DNA of 64,000 nt, taken from Neodothiora populina. Its lineage: Eukaryota. Within the stretch, counting starts at the first letter, position 1. Each line of letters begins with the position of its first letter. Under the pieces are notes generated by a model that ran no database searches, was not told where the DNA came from, and saw only the letters and a program-made list of their open reading frames with translations. Position numbers and translations under genes: made by a program. The DNA lies in contig NW_027191409.1 of the NCBI RefSeq assembly GCF_041146345.1, positions 1 to 64,000 on the forward strand, read 5' to 3'. Shown in pieces: positions 11,178-24,131 of the stretch.

Positions 11178-12211
11178 GTTGGGTCAGATTGACAAGCTGT
11201 GATTGATACGTGATTCGAAAATCAACAATGGCAAGATCCAGCTTTTGAGGTCTCAAGTTTGCAGCCTGTACCCCGCACATCACTTTTTTGAGTTCGGTGC
11301 CATGTGGATAACATTTAACGAGCTCAAGTAGCACCGATGACTCTGGATACGAACAAGCGCTGATGACGCGCGATCGTTTAGATGCTAGCCATGTTGGCAG
11401 CTACCCCGCAATGTTTCGAGGATCTCGACAATCTTCGCGCAAGGCATTTTCGTTACAATTCGATCTACCTTACGGTATACTGTACCTGAAATAAGGTACA
11501 TCAGATACGGTATAGAGAGGAAAGCACCTGCCTCGATGTGGGAGACAACCGGCACAACACCGGCAATGTCCTGCATCTATATAGTGGGGCTTTTCTCCAC
11601 TCCTCCATCATTCCGAGATATCCATGATCATACTATAATCTCCTGCTTTTGCCCTGCATCATCGCCCCTGCGCCTACATCGTCCCCGCAGTAATTATGTC
11701 ATCAGGTATCTTACTGTACCTGTTCGCGTGTCGGGTGAATCTTAGTGCCGTGTGACTTCTGAAAACCCCGTTGAAGTACTTCTTCATGTGGTTTCTTGCA
11801 CCGTTTCACGCGGCTTTCTAGAACTGGTTCAGGCTGAGGATGACAAAAAATACAAGAGACTGGTTCTCTCATACCTTATGGTATTCAAGGCTGTGCGGAT
11901 ATGGACTGTTCATATAGATACATTCTAGCCTTTCCATATGTGGAAATTCGTAGCGCGCGCTACACCCTAAATTTCCATCCTCGGCACGTTAAGGTACTTT
12001 AGTCGCACTCTTCATTGCTCCAATGTGGACCCCGCATATGGACTTGATCAAACGAAGCAGCTGTCCCACGTAAAACTTCGCATAAGAAGCGCACTTCCGG
12101 GTTGTACAGCAACGTATCTCTAGAGCATTACTCGTATAGCTTTCAGAATATTCGTTTGTTTTTTGTGCAGATGAACTCCGTCTCACATATACTTCTAGTG
12201 CTTAGTAAACC

Positions 12212-13357
12212 ATGTCTGAGGAAGTGAGACGATTCAAGGTCGTTATCCCCGAAGAGGAAGTCAAGAGATATTATCAGAAGATCAGAGATACACGAGTTCC
12301 TACCAAAGATATCGTTCCTGATGCTGGGAGTGACTACGGCTTCACCACTGAGTGGGCGACTGATCTTTACAGTGCATGGGCGGAAAAGTACGACTGGCAT
12401 TCTGAGCAGAAAATCATAAATCAATGGCCCCATTTCATCACAGAACTCGAAGGCATAGACATACACTTCATCCATCAACGCTCTCAGTCGCCTGATGCGT
12501 ACCCGCTCCTGCTTGTCCATGGTTGGCCAGGTTCCTTCTACGAGTTCAGCCGTGTCATCAATCCTCTGACGGATGCCAACTCCTCGCTGCCTTTTCATTG
12601 CGTCGTGCCTAGCCTTCCCGGATTCTGTTGGTCTTCTGGTCCGCCGCGCGGCTGGACGTTACAGGATACAGCGCGCATATTCGACGCACTAATGCGCCGC
12701 CTGGGTTATGAGACGTTTGCAGTCCAGACGGGCGACTGGGGCCACTGGGTCGGGCGCGAGCTCGGTGCTCAATACACCGACTCTTGCAAAGCCGTACATC
12801 TCAATTTTGCGCCCGCACCTTTGCCTGAGGGCGCGAAACTGACGGAACGCGAGGCCAAGGTCCAGGGCAGGGTCGACGATTGGCTCGAGAACCATATGGG
12901 CTACGCTATCATGATGCGCACACGTCCGCATACTGTTGGATGGATGTTGCAAGACAATCCTGTAGGGATAATGGTCTGGCTGGGTGAAAAATACAATGAA
13001 GCTGCCCATCCAAAGAAACAACAGCTGGACGAGTGGAAAACGCACATACTGACAACAGTGTCCCTCTATTATTTCACTAATTGTATCATGACATCGAGCC
13101 TGCCGTATTATGAAAATGTCCGGCATGAGAAATTTGCCCAATTTGCAATGAGACCGAAAAACAGGATACAGTGTCCATTTGGATATACAAGTTTCTACTG
13201 GGACACGGAGCCAAGTTCAAAGCGAGCAGTCGAGAGGACAGGAAACTTGGTTTTCTATCGGGAGAGAGATGATGGTGGACATTTTGCAGCTGTCGAATCT
13301 CCAGAAGGGATCGTCGAGGATGTAAGAGAATTGGTTAGGATAGCACTAGGTAGTTAG
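12212..13357 (+). CDS. Microsomal-type epoxide hydrolase (EHN domain)
   Basis: YDW..E..IN..PHF, IHFIH, HGWPGSFYEF, PSLPGF..S, GDWG and GGHFAA. Intronless, 381 aa. Confidence 0.94.
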   Translation: MSEEVRRFKVVIPEEEVKRYYQKIRDTRVPTKDIVPDAGSDYGFTTEWATDLYSAWAEKYDWHSEQKIINQWPHFITELEGIDIHFIHQRSQSPDAYPLLLVHGWPGSFYEFSRVINPLTDANSSLPFHCVVPSLPGFCWSSGPPRGWTLQDTARIFDALMRRLGYETFAVQTGDWGHWVGRELGAQYTDSCKAVHLNFAPAPLPEGAKLTEREAKVQGRVDDWLENHMGYAIMMRTRPHTVGWMLQDNPVGIMVWLGEKYNEAAHPKKQQLDEWKTHILTTVSLYYFTNCIMTSSLPYYENVRHEKFAQFAMRPKNRIQCPFGYTSFYWDTEPSSKRAVERTGNLVFYRERDDGGHFAAVESPEGIVEDVRELVRIALGS

Positions 13358-13982
13358 GTAGATAATTAAACGCAGTTCTTTCAGTGGGCTACAATGCTAT
13401 CTGGATGAAAACGAAACAAGAATGTGCAAAGATCTGAGATTACATGGTCTAGGCCTTGCTGCTTGGCGGTCCCCAGATATCACTCCATGATCCCTTGGCA
13501 TAACTAAGTTGGCTGTACTCTAATGCGACGTCGCCTCCTCGTTTACGTAAATTCAGAAATCTCTACGAGGCTAGCCACTCTTATTCCTGAACTCGCTTGG
13601 CAATATTTGAAATGTACCTACCTTATGGTTCTCCATGTATCTTGCTGCATTCCAATTCAGTGCATTCAGTATATCATGAGTGGAATAAATCATCTTAGAA
13701 GTAGTCGAGGATGGAATTGGCGTCCTCGATAGACTTGCCAGGAAACTTGCCGTTCTTTGGTGCGACAAGGGAAAATCTACCACCTTATAGGTCGATAAAT
13801 CCTTCTGTGAGCAGTGTATACCAAGATACTGTTGCCCGGTCTCCGTTGTCGGCTAGGACGACCCACATAGCGAAACGTGCACAAATAGTTTCACACCTTG
13901 GATCACTACATCTATTGTTCTTCCCCTCATTCTGACACTCTGTCTCGCTGCGTACATCCTTGGTTTCAAGATAGACTGCGCA

Positions 13983-15617
13983 ATGAACGACAAACACCCC
14001 AGGGAGATCTTTGACGATGATGATGTCGTAGATTATGACAAGACGAGTCAGCAAAGTAACGATGTCGTCCGCGATGCAGTCTTTGGTGAGCTGAATGAAG
14101 ATGGACCAAATTATAGAGACGTAAGGCGTATGACGAGACCCACTCAAATCCATGTCAGCTGAAGCAATATCAGGTTGGATGGTTGGGCACAACTGCTCTC
14201 ATGCTCAAGACAAACCTTGGTCTCGGTGTGCTCTCGATTCCAGCAATCTTTGATACGCTTGGCATGATTCCTGGCATCATCTGCATCATTGTTGTCGCCT
14301 TCATAACAGGCTGGTCGCAGTACATGATCGGGGTGTTCAAATGCCGTCATCCCGAAGTTTATGGTATCGAGGACGTGGGTGGCATACTGTTCGGACCTAT
14401 CGCTCGCGAGATCCTCGGTGCTGCATTTTTCATTTGTGAGTGACTATACTCTTATGAACCTGCACAACATCCAACAGCTGATTATCCCTGCAGTCTGGAT
14501 CTTTGTCTCTGCTTCTGGAATGCTCAGCGTATCAATTGCTCTGAACGCATTGTCGACTCATGCTACTTGCACTGCTGTATTTGTGGTAGTTGCGGCCATA
14601 ATTGCTTTCCTTTTTTCTAGCATTCAAACACTCGGCAAAATCACTTGGCTCGCGTGGCTCGGAGTAGCTTGTATCATCACTGCGAGTATGACAGTGTCCA
14701 TCCATTGACTTGCTGGGCAGTCGTATTGACGTCTAGCAGTTCTTACTCTCACAGTCGCCGTTGGTGTGCAAGGGCGACCTGATGGCGCTCCTGTTCGCGA
14801 TGGTCCATGGAGATCCGACTACAAGCTTTTTGCTACTCCATCTTTCACTGATGCTATATCTGCTTGCGGTTCGCTTGTCTTCGCCTTCGCTGGAACGCCA
14901 GGATACTTCAACATTATATCCGAAATGCGTGACCCCCGCGGGTACACTCGAGCTGTAATGATCAGTCAGGGCTTTATCACGGCACTCTACATAGCGATAG
15001 GCATCGTTGTCTATTATTTCTGTGGATCATATGTCGCATCGCCTGCGCTCGGCTCAGCCGGCACGACCATGAAGAAGGTCTGTTACGGTCTTGCTCTTCC
15101 CGGCCTGCTGGTTAGCACTATACTTCTATCCCATGTAAGCAACTTTTCCGCCTTTGATCGCACCTACTGGCATTTCTAACTTGCTCTTCCACAGCTGCCA
15201 GCAAAATTCTTGTTCCTCCGACTTCTTCGTGGCTCGAGGCATCTCACATCCAACTCCAAGACTCACTGGATGGTGTGGCTTGGCTGCACACTGACCGTTA
15301 TCATATGCGCATACGTTATCGCCAGCGCCATTCCAATCTTTGATGGTCTCATTTCGCTGATTGGCGCCCTTTTTGGCACCTTTTTCAACTTTCATCCGTT
15401 TGCTCTTATGTGGTACTATGACAACTGGCGCGAAGGCAAGGCTCAGAGGCGGCCAAGATGGATCCTTTTAGCTTGTTGGAGCTTTTTTGTCATTGCCATC
15501 GGCTCGTTCTTGCTCGTCGCTGGAACATACGGGTCAATTGTGGGGATCATCGACTCTTACCATGCAGCGGGCGGGTCAAGGCCGTTCTCATGCGCCGATA
15601 ATTCGCACTCAGTCTAA
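13983..15617 (+). CDS. AAAP/Aa_trans neutral amino-acid permease (Mtr-like), multi-exon
   Basis: DAVFGELNEDGPNYRD / VGW..T.LMLKTNLGLGVLSIP, FAFAGTPGYFNIISEMRDP, VASPALGSAG and a C-terminal FSCADNS. Several GT-AG introns. Confidence 0.92.
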
Positions 15618-17502
15618 GTTCAATATGATGAGCCATACATGCTTGGCACAACCCCAGATTATTTTACTGCTCACAACGGCATCCGAGTGGCGCATAATCT
15701 CTTGTGTACGAACCGTGCTTCTGGCAAGCTGGAAGCATGTGCACATCTTCGAATTCTTCTGATTGCAAAGTCCGATCCTGGAACTGGTGAATGCCGCAAA
15801 ATTCCAAGCTCTGTTGAATGCTTTCTGAAAAATTCCAAGCCTCGACATCACCATCACCAAGATTCGCAGAATTCCTCGTGGTACTATGACGGGGGAAAGA
15901 TCGCTTCCATAAGCAATGCGGCACCACTCCTTACGACTGTGTCGGTCCCTCAAGTGGTTTATCATGGAGCAATGGCATTTCAAGGCGTTGGACGCATTAT
16001 TTGACCTCAACAACATTTGGGTAGGAAATTATCGCAATAGAAAGACGAGTAAATCTTGCTTCTTTCTTTTCGATCATGCCTCATGGTCAAAGTTCACATG
16101 AATGAGTCGTACCCGTTGGTTCTACAATCCAGATTCTACCGAATGAGGAAGATCTACATGTGTGATATAAGTTGCTGGCGGTCATTACGAGATCGATTGC
16201 ATAACGAGCGGGTACTTTGCTTGTACAGACCTTCCGATGAAGGGCGCACATTAAGCGAGGCCACAGCCTGCAATCAATTACACGATATATGACATTCACT
16301 CAGCAACCTAAATGCAAGCTCAGTAAGAAGGTTCAGCACCACGAGCAAGATGCAGGCGTGCAATTATTGTGCCATCGTCTTGGCCACATTACACTAGAAA
16401 CCACACATATGTCTGAATTGTGGAGGCTCTTTTTCTCGGAGCAAAGAGGGTATTCTATAGTACTTAGCGAGGCAGTAAAGGTCGGATTTCTTCGTAGACA
16501 TGGGACCATCTGACGCACCTTCTAATGCTCTTCAGCATACAGCTCACTACACAGCATATCGAGTTCCGTGAGTCAGAACGCCCGGGATGTGTCATACTTA
16601 TAAGGCTAAGTCAGTATCATCGCCACGAATACATATGCAAGCGTACAGACTGTGAAAAACTTGTGCTATAGGTCAAGCAGCTGATAAGTCCATACAACTA
16701 AACAGTTGTCATGTTCAGTGCATCTAGCACACATCTGCGAACTTTTCCCTATTGCTCGTTATTGATGCTGAGATTGGCCAGAAAAGATTGACCAGAGTGT
16801 ATTATCATGTAACTTCGACAACTCTGCATTACATAAGCACAAACTTTACTTTGCGCGCTCTAGATGTCTCTACGTCCATATCTCAGGGTCTTGTATTCCT
16901 GATTGAAGATTAGTATTTTGAGGTTATAGGCCAATCTACCTTATTTATAGGATGGGAGCACCGCCACAGTGGCTTAAGCGAATGGCGCCTGCTTAGCACA
17001 TTCATAGTCAACGTGCGTCTATGGAGTACTGTAAGTAACGTCTCGCCAAGAACGATTAGTCAGGTCGTATCAGAGTACCTACCCTATCATATTAATCCAA
17101 CTTCCGGTTGATCCGGAAAGATCCGGGAGAATTTGTTCGGCTGCTATCCGATGATCTATTTTAAGATAGTTCCCAGCCGGCCTGATCTAGTCAGGTTTCT
17201 GCCACAGAGACACTGAGACAAGCTGATTGTTACTCCATACGCAGCATCGTAGTCATGGTAGGACTAGCATTCTGGACGATCATTTATGCATTGAGCACTA
17301 CCTGGATCGCGATCGTTGTAGTGTTTCGTATCATCAAATGGAGTGTGCTTCTAGCAGGGGTACGGTGAGAGGCACTGAGCAATCAGCTGAGATGATTTGA
17401 CCGTAATTAACTCTTTCACACCCCAGGAGGATAAGATGAGGTAAAACCGAGTTCAAGCACTCACTTCTGCAAATCTTCTATCGCACATCTTCTGTGTGTC
17501 AT

Positions 17503-18896
17503 ATGCTCCGCGCTATGTTGTTTGAGCGATCTCTTTCAGATGCCGCCTTCTCTTCGCTCGTGACATATGCGGTTCTGTTTCTAGTTGCAGTGTTCTCGCT
17601 GCATGCTGTCTCATTGCGTGACCCGACCTCTCTATTCTTCAACCCTGATCGCGCCTACGAGCCTTCATATTCTGCTGTACGGCAAGAGGAGGCTGAAGCA
17701 TTCGTATTTGCTGCACAGAATGCCTCCCTTGCCAAGGTCGATAATGGGCATGGTCTCCAGCAGAAAAAGCTCTGTGCGGGCATCCCTTCGGTAGCAAGAG
17801 ATGGAGCATCATATCTTCGAACAGCAGTCGAATCACTGATCGATGGCCTCACCGCAGAGGAACGTGACAGCATTTATTTCATAGTTTTCATACCTCACAC
17901 CGATGCGACCATGCACCCGGCTTATCAGGAAGACTGGCTCTCCAGTCTTTTAGACCGAATACTACTGTATGATCCACCAGAAGACAAGATGCAGCACATC
18001 ATAAGTCTCGAAAGAGACGCAGGGCTATTCAGGGAAAAGGGCCTTCTCGACCACACCTACCTTCTGAAAGCCTGTTATGCGAAAGAGACGCCATACGTTG
18101 CAATGTTCGAAGACGACATCCTCGCCATGGATGGGTGGTACCATCGCACGCTTGCCGGGTTGGAAGAGGCCGAGTCTAGATCGGCACGGAGTAGGACTTC
18201 GCGTGACTGTAAGTAACATTTTGCGCATTAAGCCCGTGACGCCATGTTCAGCTGACGTCTCACGTTGAAGTTCTTTACCTCCGCTTGTTCTACACCGAAG
18301 AATTCCTTGGTTGGAATAGCGAACATTGGCGAATCTACCTTTCCTGGTCGCTGCTGACAATGACTGTGCTGGTTACCAGTCTATCTTTGGTTCGATGTAT
18401 CTTTCCAGCAGGTAGGAAGGTGCTGAGTCAACAGGTACCTTACATCATTTGCGGCGTATGTCTACCTTTGTCAATTCTCCTCTTCTTTGCCGCTGGCAAG
18501 GTGACCGTCCTACCTTTGCCGATCGGCATCAACGAGATGAATAACTATGGCTGTTGCTCACAAGGATTGGTTTTTTCACGATCCAAGGCTGAAGAACTCA
18601 GCGCATGGTTCGAAACAAAAAAGATCGGCTTCGTAGACATGCTTACAGAAGAGTATGCGGACCAGTATGATGAGCTCCGCTGGGCATTGACGCCGAGTGT
18701 TGTTCAACATATTGGGCGAAAGAGCTCTAAAGGAGACGACTTCGGATCTGCTGCCAAGCATCATAGGTCTGTGGCAGAGAAGTTATGGAATTTCGCTTTT
18801 GAGAACAACAACGCAGCTGTTTTGAAGCAAGAGCATCTGCATGCTGTTGAGCAGAGTCCGTTGGCTTACATTACCGAGCACACATCTCTGTCCTGA
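17503..18896 (+). CDS. Integral membrane GT-A glycosyltransferase-like protein (PGAP4/TMEM246-like)
   Basis: N-terminal TM, LCAGIPSVAR, FEDD metal motif, intron 18209-18270 giving DFLYLRLFYTEEFLGWNSE, two internal TMs, then CCSQGLVF and PSVVQHIGRKSS. Confidence 0.7.
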
Positions 18897-19858
18897 CATT
18901 CATACCTACCTGGCTTATCGTAATCAGACCTCTATATCTTTTCAGTGCTCTAGAGGATAACATCATGTTCTTTGCAGAAGTCTATTATGAACAACATACT
19001 CTCCTTATGTATTGGCAGGCGCATGGAGCTTCATCGCGACTTAACGCTTCGGCCCCTTATCACAGCGAACAGTATGATTCGGACGAAGCTGTTCACTGTG
19101 GAGCGGAGTTTTGTCCGGTGTGCGACGGCTCATGTTATGTGGGCGACGTGCTTTGCTGGTCGATCATGCGCGCAAATTGTACAACACACCCTGATCCTGC
19201 TCGGACTGGATTTCTTGCTAATTTGAAGGTAGCTACATCAGAAAATTGAGTCGAGATGGAGATCTAGTACAACATACAATCTTGTAGATGTCTATAGAGG
19301 GCGCATTGTCTCAGATGCGTCTGCTCGCATAACACTTGCTCGTCTGTAAGTACAGATGAGTCATAATGGCCGATGCGCACGGTCAACGCCCAGCAGTTCA
19401 TATGGATAGCTTGCACGACATTGTACAACAGATTAATGATAAAGATCGGATCGAAGCAGGTCGAAGACCGCACGACGAAACTTGATCTGTTAGCAGCGCT
19501 CCTCTGGAAATGGTATAGGGATTCAAGTAATATGACGGAACCACGTCATGTAGTTCTGCTCGGGTGTAGAAGACTTATGACAGCCACGTATGCACTGAAT
19601 TTCGACTTTGTGGCAAGATGTATAATACGGTAATACGGTCATACGGTAGCTCTGGCTCCATATCACTGAGCATCTATCTTGTATCTGTTGATAAGAGGTA
19701 GGCTTAGTCGTGGGGTCACGCAGCCAAGCTCTTGGATAACCAAGCTCTCGGAAGCTCAACATCCTCTTTTGGTCCTCCACCCAACCCGACCGTCTCTTCA
19801 CCATCTCAAGATATAGCCTACACGTACTTAGTAACACTGGCTCCAACCCTTATCCACC

Positions 19859-22800
19859 ATGACGTGTAGTTCTGTTTGTTGCGGTCGGTCCGCAGATATA
19901 GCGGAGGAAATTTGTCCAAGTCTTGATCGCGGCACGAAGCACAGCTCAGGCGTAGATCGTAGTCAATCGAACGGAAGCAGAACCACGACTGAGGACAGAT
20001 CGTGTCTCGCTGAGGTTCCTGTACATTGCGCGTCGCGATTTGAGGCAGCGTCTGCAGCTACTCCATCTCGAAGCATAACTTGCTGCCCTGCAAGAGATAC
20101 CCTTAGATATGACGGCAGTCATCACGGGACTACTCCTGAATCTCCTACAGGCTGCCACGAAGTCGATACTGAAGTTTTCACTGGAGCCGAAGACGATGAC
20201 TCTATATATAAGGCCAACGTCACTGATACTGTTACAGCGGATGGAGACGATAATAGCATGTCAACTACACCTTGTGGTGTACCTAAACCCGAAAAGAAAT
20301 GTAGTAGCGCCGATGCTGGTAGCAGCTGCTGCAGGCCTATAGCCCCGAACGTCATCAGTATTCAGGATATGTCAGCATCTGAGAGCTCTCACTCAGCGAA
20401 GGCCACGGTGAACTTCGTCAAGTCAAGCGATGACCCCGTCGATAGATGTTGCGCCTCCGTGCCCGCAATGGAGATCTGGGCAACGCCCAAGGTCATGCTA
20501 ACCACAGGTGACTCCGCGCTTGCATCCACGATGGGGAAACCTGGAAAGGACTCTACTCTCAAGTGTCCAGAGTCTCCGATTAACGAGCCAGGCTGCTGCA
20601 ATGGTACTTCTTCACCATGTTGTGATGTATCCTGCATTGAACGCATCGCATACCGGGAATGTGCGAATGAGAAATCAGCAAACCAACACTCTGAGATGGT
20701 CTCAGGTAAGTTCCTCGTACATCAACCCGCCTGACATTGGATTTCATCAGACGCTGCGAAATACCTCCCGGGCCCGAGCTGACGCCAAGGTGCAGGAAAG
20801 AAGTCTTGCAGCCGACATTCTCGAAGGGCCAATATGAAGTACGCAAGGACCTTGGAAACTCTCGGTTGTATCTGCCGCGCTCTGTTGGCGCTTGGACAAG
20901 AGTCCTGTTGCGAATCAGGTAAACGCTCATACTTGCAAAAGAGGACCAGTTCCAATATGACACCTCGATGGCCTTCACTGTCTTCTTCAACTATCTGCTG
21001 TAGAACGGATGTCTCTCCAAGGCCGACCTCACAAAATGCCAGAAGTAAGCGCAGTCATGAGGGTAAAGCAGCGCCGCATCCTTCCGATGATTGTTGTCAT
21101 AAATCTCGTACCAAGACTACCGTCGCTCCTTGTGCGGATGCTTGTTGCGACCAGGGCAAATGCCACACTACAGTGCAGACGTGCGGAAAGGCTTACTATA
21201 ACTCCGAAATTGAACCTAACCAAGCAGAGCGAAATTCCCTTTGGTTTTCTCGCAACCCAGATCCTGAGAGGGGCTTGACTGGAAACGACAGCATAGTTCT
21301 CAGCATCTCCGGTATGACGTGTACAGGATGCGAGACTATACTTAAGCGAGCACTTACGTCGCTCGAAGCTGTCAAGGACCTCGAGACTAGTCTGGTACTT
21401 GGCCGGGCTTCCTTCACTCTAGACCCCAGTATCACATCAGCTCTGGAGGTCACGAAGTATCTGGAGAGAACCACAGATTTCAAATGTAAACAGATCTTCA
21501 CTCAAGACTCTAGCCTCGACATAATTGTTTCAGGAGAACCAGAAAAACTTGTCGCACAAGATCGACCAGACGGTGTAACAGGAATCACTATTGTTGATCG
21601 TCATACAATACAAGTAGCGTTTGATCCTGAAGTCATTGGGGCCCGTAATCTCCTTGAGAGAGACTGGAATGGCCCGGTCCGTCTGGCCTCTCGGCAGGAT
21701 CCCTCACTAGAATCCGCTGGCAGACATGTCCGCCATATCGGTTGCATGACTGTTCTCTCCGCGATCCTGACGATACCTGTTCTGGTCATGGCATGGGCTC
21801 CTATCCCAGAACGAGAGGTCGTGTACGGCTCAGCGTCTCTTGCACTTGCGACCATCGTTCAACTGGTCGTCGCAGGACCTCTATATCCTAGAGCTTTGAA
21901 AAGTCTGATGTTTTCGAAACTGATCGAGATGGATCTACTCGTTGTGCTTAGTACTACCGCTGCTTACGTATTCTCTGTCGTGTCTTTTGGCTATCTCGTT
22001 GCGGGAAGTCCACTTGCGACCGGCGAATTCTTCGAAACGAGCACTCTACTCGTTACTCTTATCATGCTTGGTCGCTGGATCAGTGCACTAGCCCGCCACA
22101 AAGCCATCGAGTCTATCTCGGTCACTTCGCTCCAGACGCCAACTGCTATGGTTGTAGATGCTATGTCGGGCAGTGAGCAAGAAATTGACGTCCGTCTACT
22201 CCAGTTAGGCGACATATTCAAGGTTTCACCTGATTCAAGAGTTCCAACGGACGGTACAGTGATCTCTGGCTCATCTGAGGTAGATGAATCGATGGTCACT
22301 GGCGAAGCCATACCAGTTGAGAAGTATGTTGGTTCCAGTATCGTCGCGGGTTCTATCAATGGCCCGGGAACGCTTATGGCCCGTCTCACGAACCTGCCAA
22401 ATAACAACACGATCGCAGCCATTGCTACACTGGTAGACCAAGCAAAGTTTTCCAAGCCTAAGATACAAGAAAGTGCTGACCAGGTTGCGACATATTTTGT
22501 TCCACTCATCATCGCCCTGACAATCATAACATTTGTCACCTGGATCGGTGTTGGCATATCGCTTCGAGACCAATCAGGTAGCGAGGCCACTATTCACGCT
22601 ATAACATATGCTATTACGGTCCTTGTCGTTTCATGTCCTTGCGCCATTGGTCTCGCCGTCCCAATGGTCATCGTCATTGCCAGTGGCGTTGCTGCCAAGC
22701 ACGGTATCATCTTTAAATCAGCAAACAGCATTGAAATCGCCCACAAAGCCTCTCATGTTGTTTTTGACAAGACTGGAACCTTGACCCAAGGTAAACTTGC

Positions 22801-23725
22801 GGTCATGCACGAAGAGCTCACCGGAGATGATCCAGAGTCTCTTTCATCAGTGCTTCTAGGTCTCCTGGGTAGCATTAAGCATCCTGTCTCTGTCGCAGTA
22901 GTGAAGCATCTTGAGGCAAAAGGAGTATCTGCAGCGGCTGTAACTGATGCCAGAAGTTTGACCGGTAAAGGAGTGGAAGGCACCATATCGGGCAAGGTAC
23001 TTCGCGCAGGAAACTCCCGATGGCTCGGAGTGTCTTTAGACCCTCGCGTTCAGTCGGTCCTCTCTTGCGGACATACAGCATTTTGTGTCACCGTAGATGA
23101 TGCACTTTTGGCAGTATATGGTCTAGCAGATTCATTGCGACCTGATGCTTTCTCGACGGTCACCGAGCTACAGCGAAGATCAATCAGCGTTCACCTCGTT
23201 TCTGGTGACGACGATGCTGCTGTTCGCGCCGTAGCGGTTCAATTGGGCATACCCGCATCCAACGTTCTTTCTCGCTGTACTCCTGGGGACAAACAGGCAT
23301 ACATTCAGCGGATAACGGATGTTCCGAATTCAGGTCGTGGTCATAGAAACTCGAAAGAACCCATCGTCATCTTCTTAGGCGATGGATCCAACGATGCAGT
23401 CGCACTGGCCCAAGCATCTATCGGTGTCAACATGAGTTCAGGCACTGACATTGCCAAGTCAGCTGCCGACATAGTATTGATGCATCCCAGTCTTTCTGGT
23501 GTGCTTACAATAATTGCAGTCAGCAGAAAGTCAATCAACCGAGTGCGGTTCAACTTTGCTTGGAGCTTCATCTACAATTTGTTCGCGATTCTACTTGCCG
23601 CGGGCGCATTCGTCAATGCGAGGATTCCACCAGAATATGCAGGGCTGGGGGAATTGGTCAGTGTTTTACCTGTTGTTGCAGCCGCCGTGCTCCTACGATG
23701 GTCAAAGTTCCGAATTGTTTTATGA
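19859..23725 (+). CDS. pca1: P1B-type heavy-metal-exporting ATPase with long Cys-rich N-terminus (Pca1/PcaA-like)
   Basis: HMA GMTCTGC, TGE, CPC, DKTGTLT, HP, GDGSND and the Pca1-type C-terminus PPEYAGLGELVSVLP. Full length (~1258 aa) requires intron 20706-20795. Confidence 0.88.
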
Positions 23726-24131
23726 TCATTTCTCAGGACTGATACAATCCTGCAACAATTCTCTGGGTAATCAAGCTACAGTTTGGCGATTAAACGTTGT
23801 CATTCTGTTCAGGTGTTATAGGAACAGGGGCAAATTCAACATTTGTCCTGCATGGTTGTCACGTGGGGCGGATCACGGTGGTGTTCCATGTCGGACCCCA
23901 TCAATATGGGTATCCCTTAGGCGTTAGGTGAATTCATTCGAAATTGGTATCGTTGATACCTCGCATGATGTCGTGTCTTTTCCGATCGTGTCATGAACAT
24001 GTGCAATTGCAATCATACAATTGAAGAGACTGGTGCTGATAGTTGGCTCGTTTATTCGTTTCTAAATGGACTGAATGCTAAGACAAATGAATAAGAACTC
24101 GGATCTCCGCGCTACCAAAGTCGATGCAGAT

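Noticed and set aside
20780..20782. In-frame TGA as selenocysteine or programmed readthrough
   Set aside because: Ascomycetes lack the Sec machinery. An alternative acceptor or a nonsense mutation explains it more simply.
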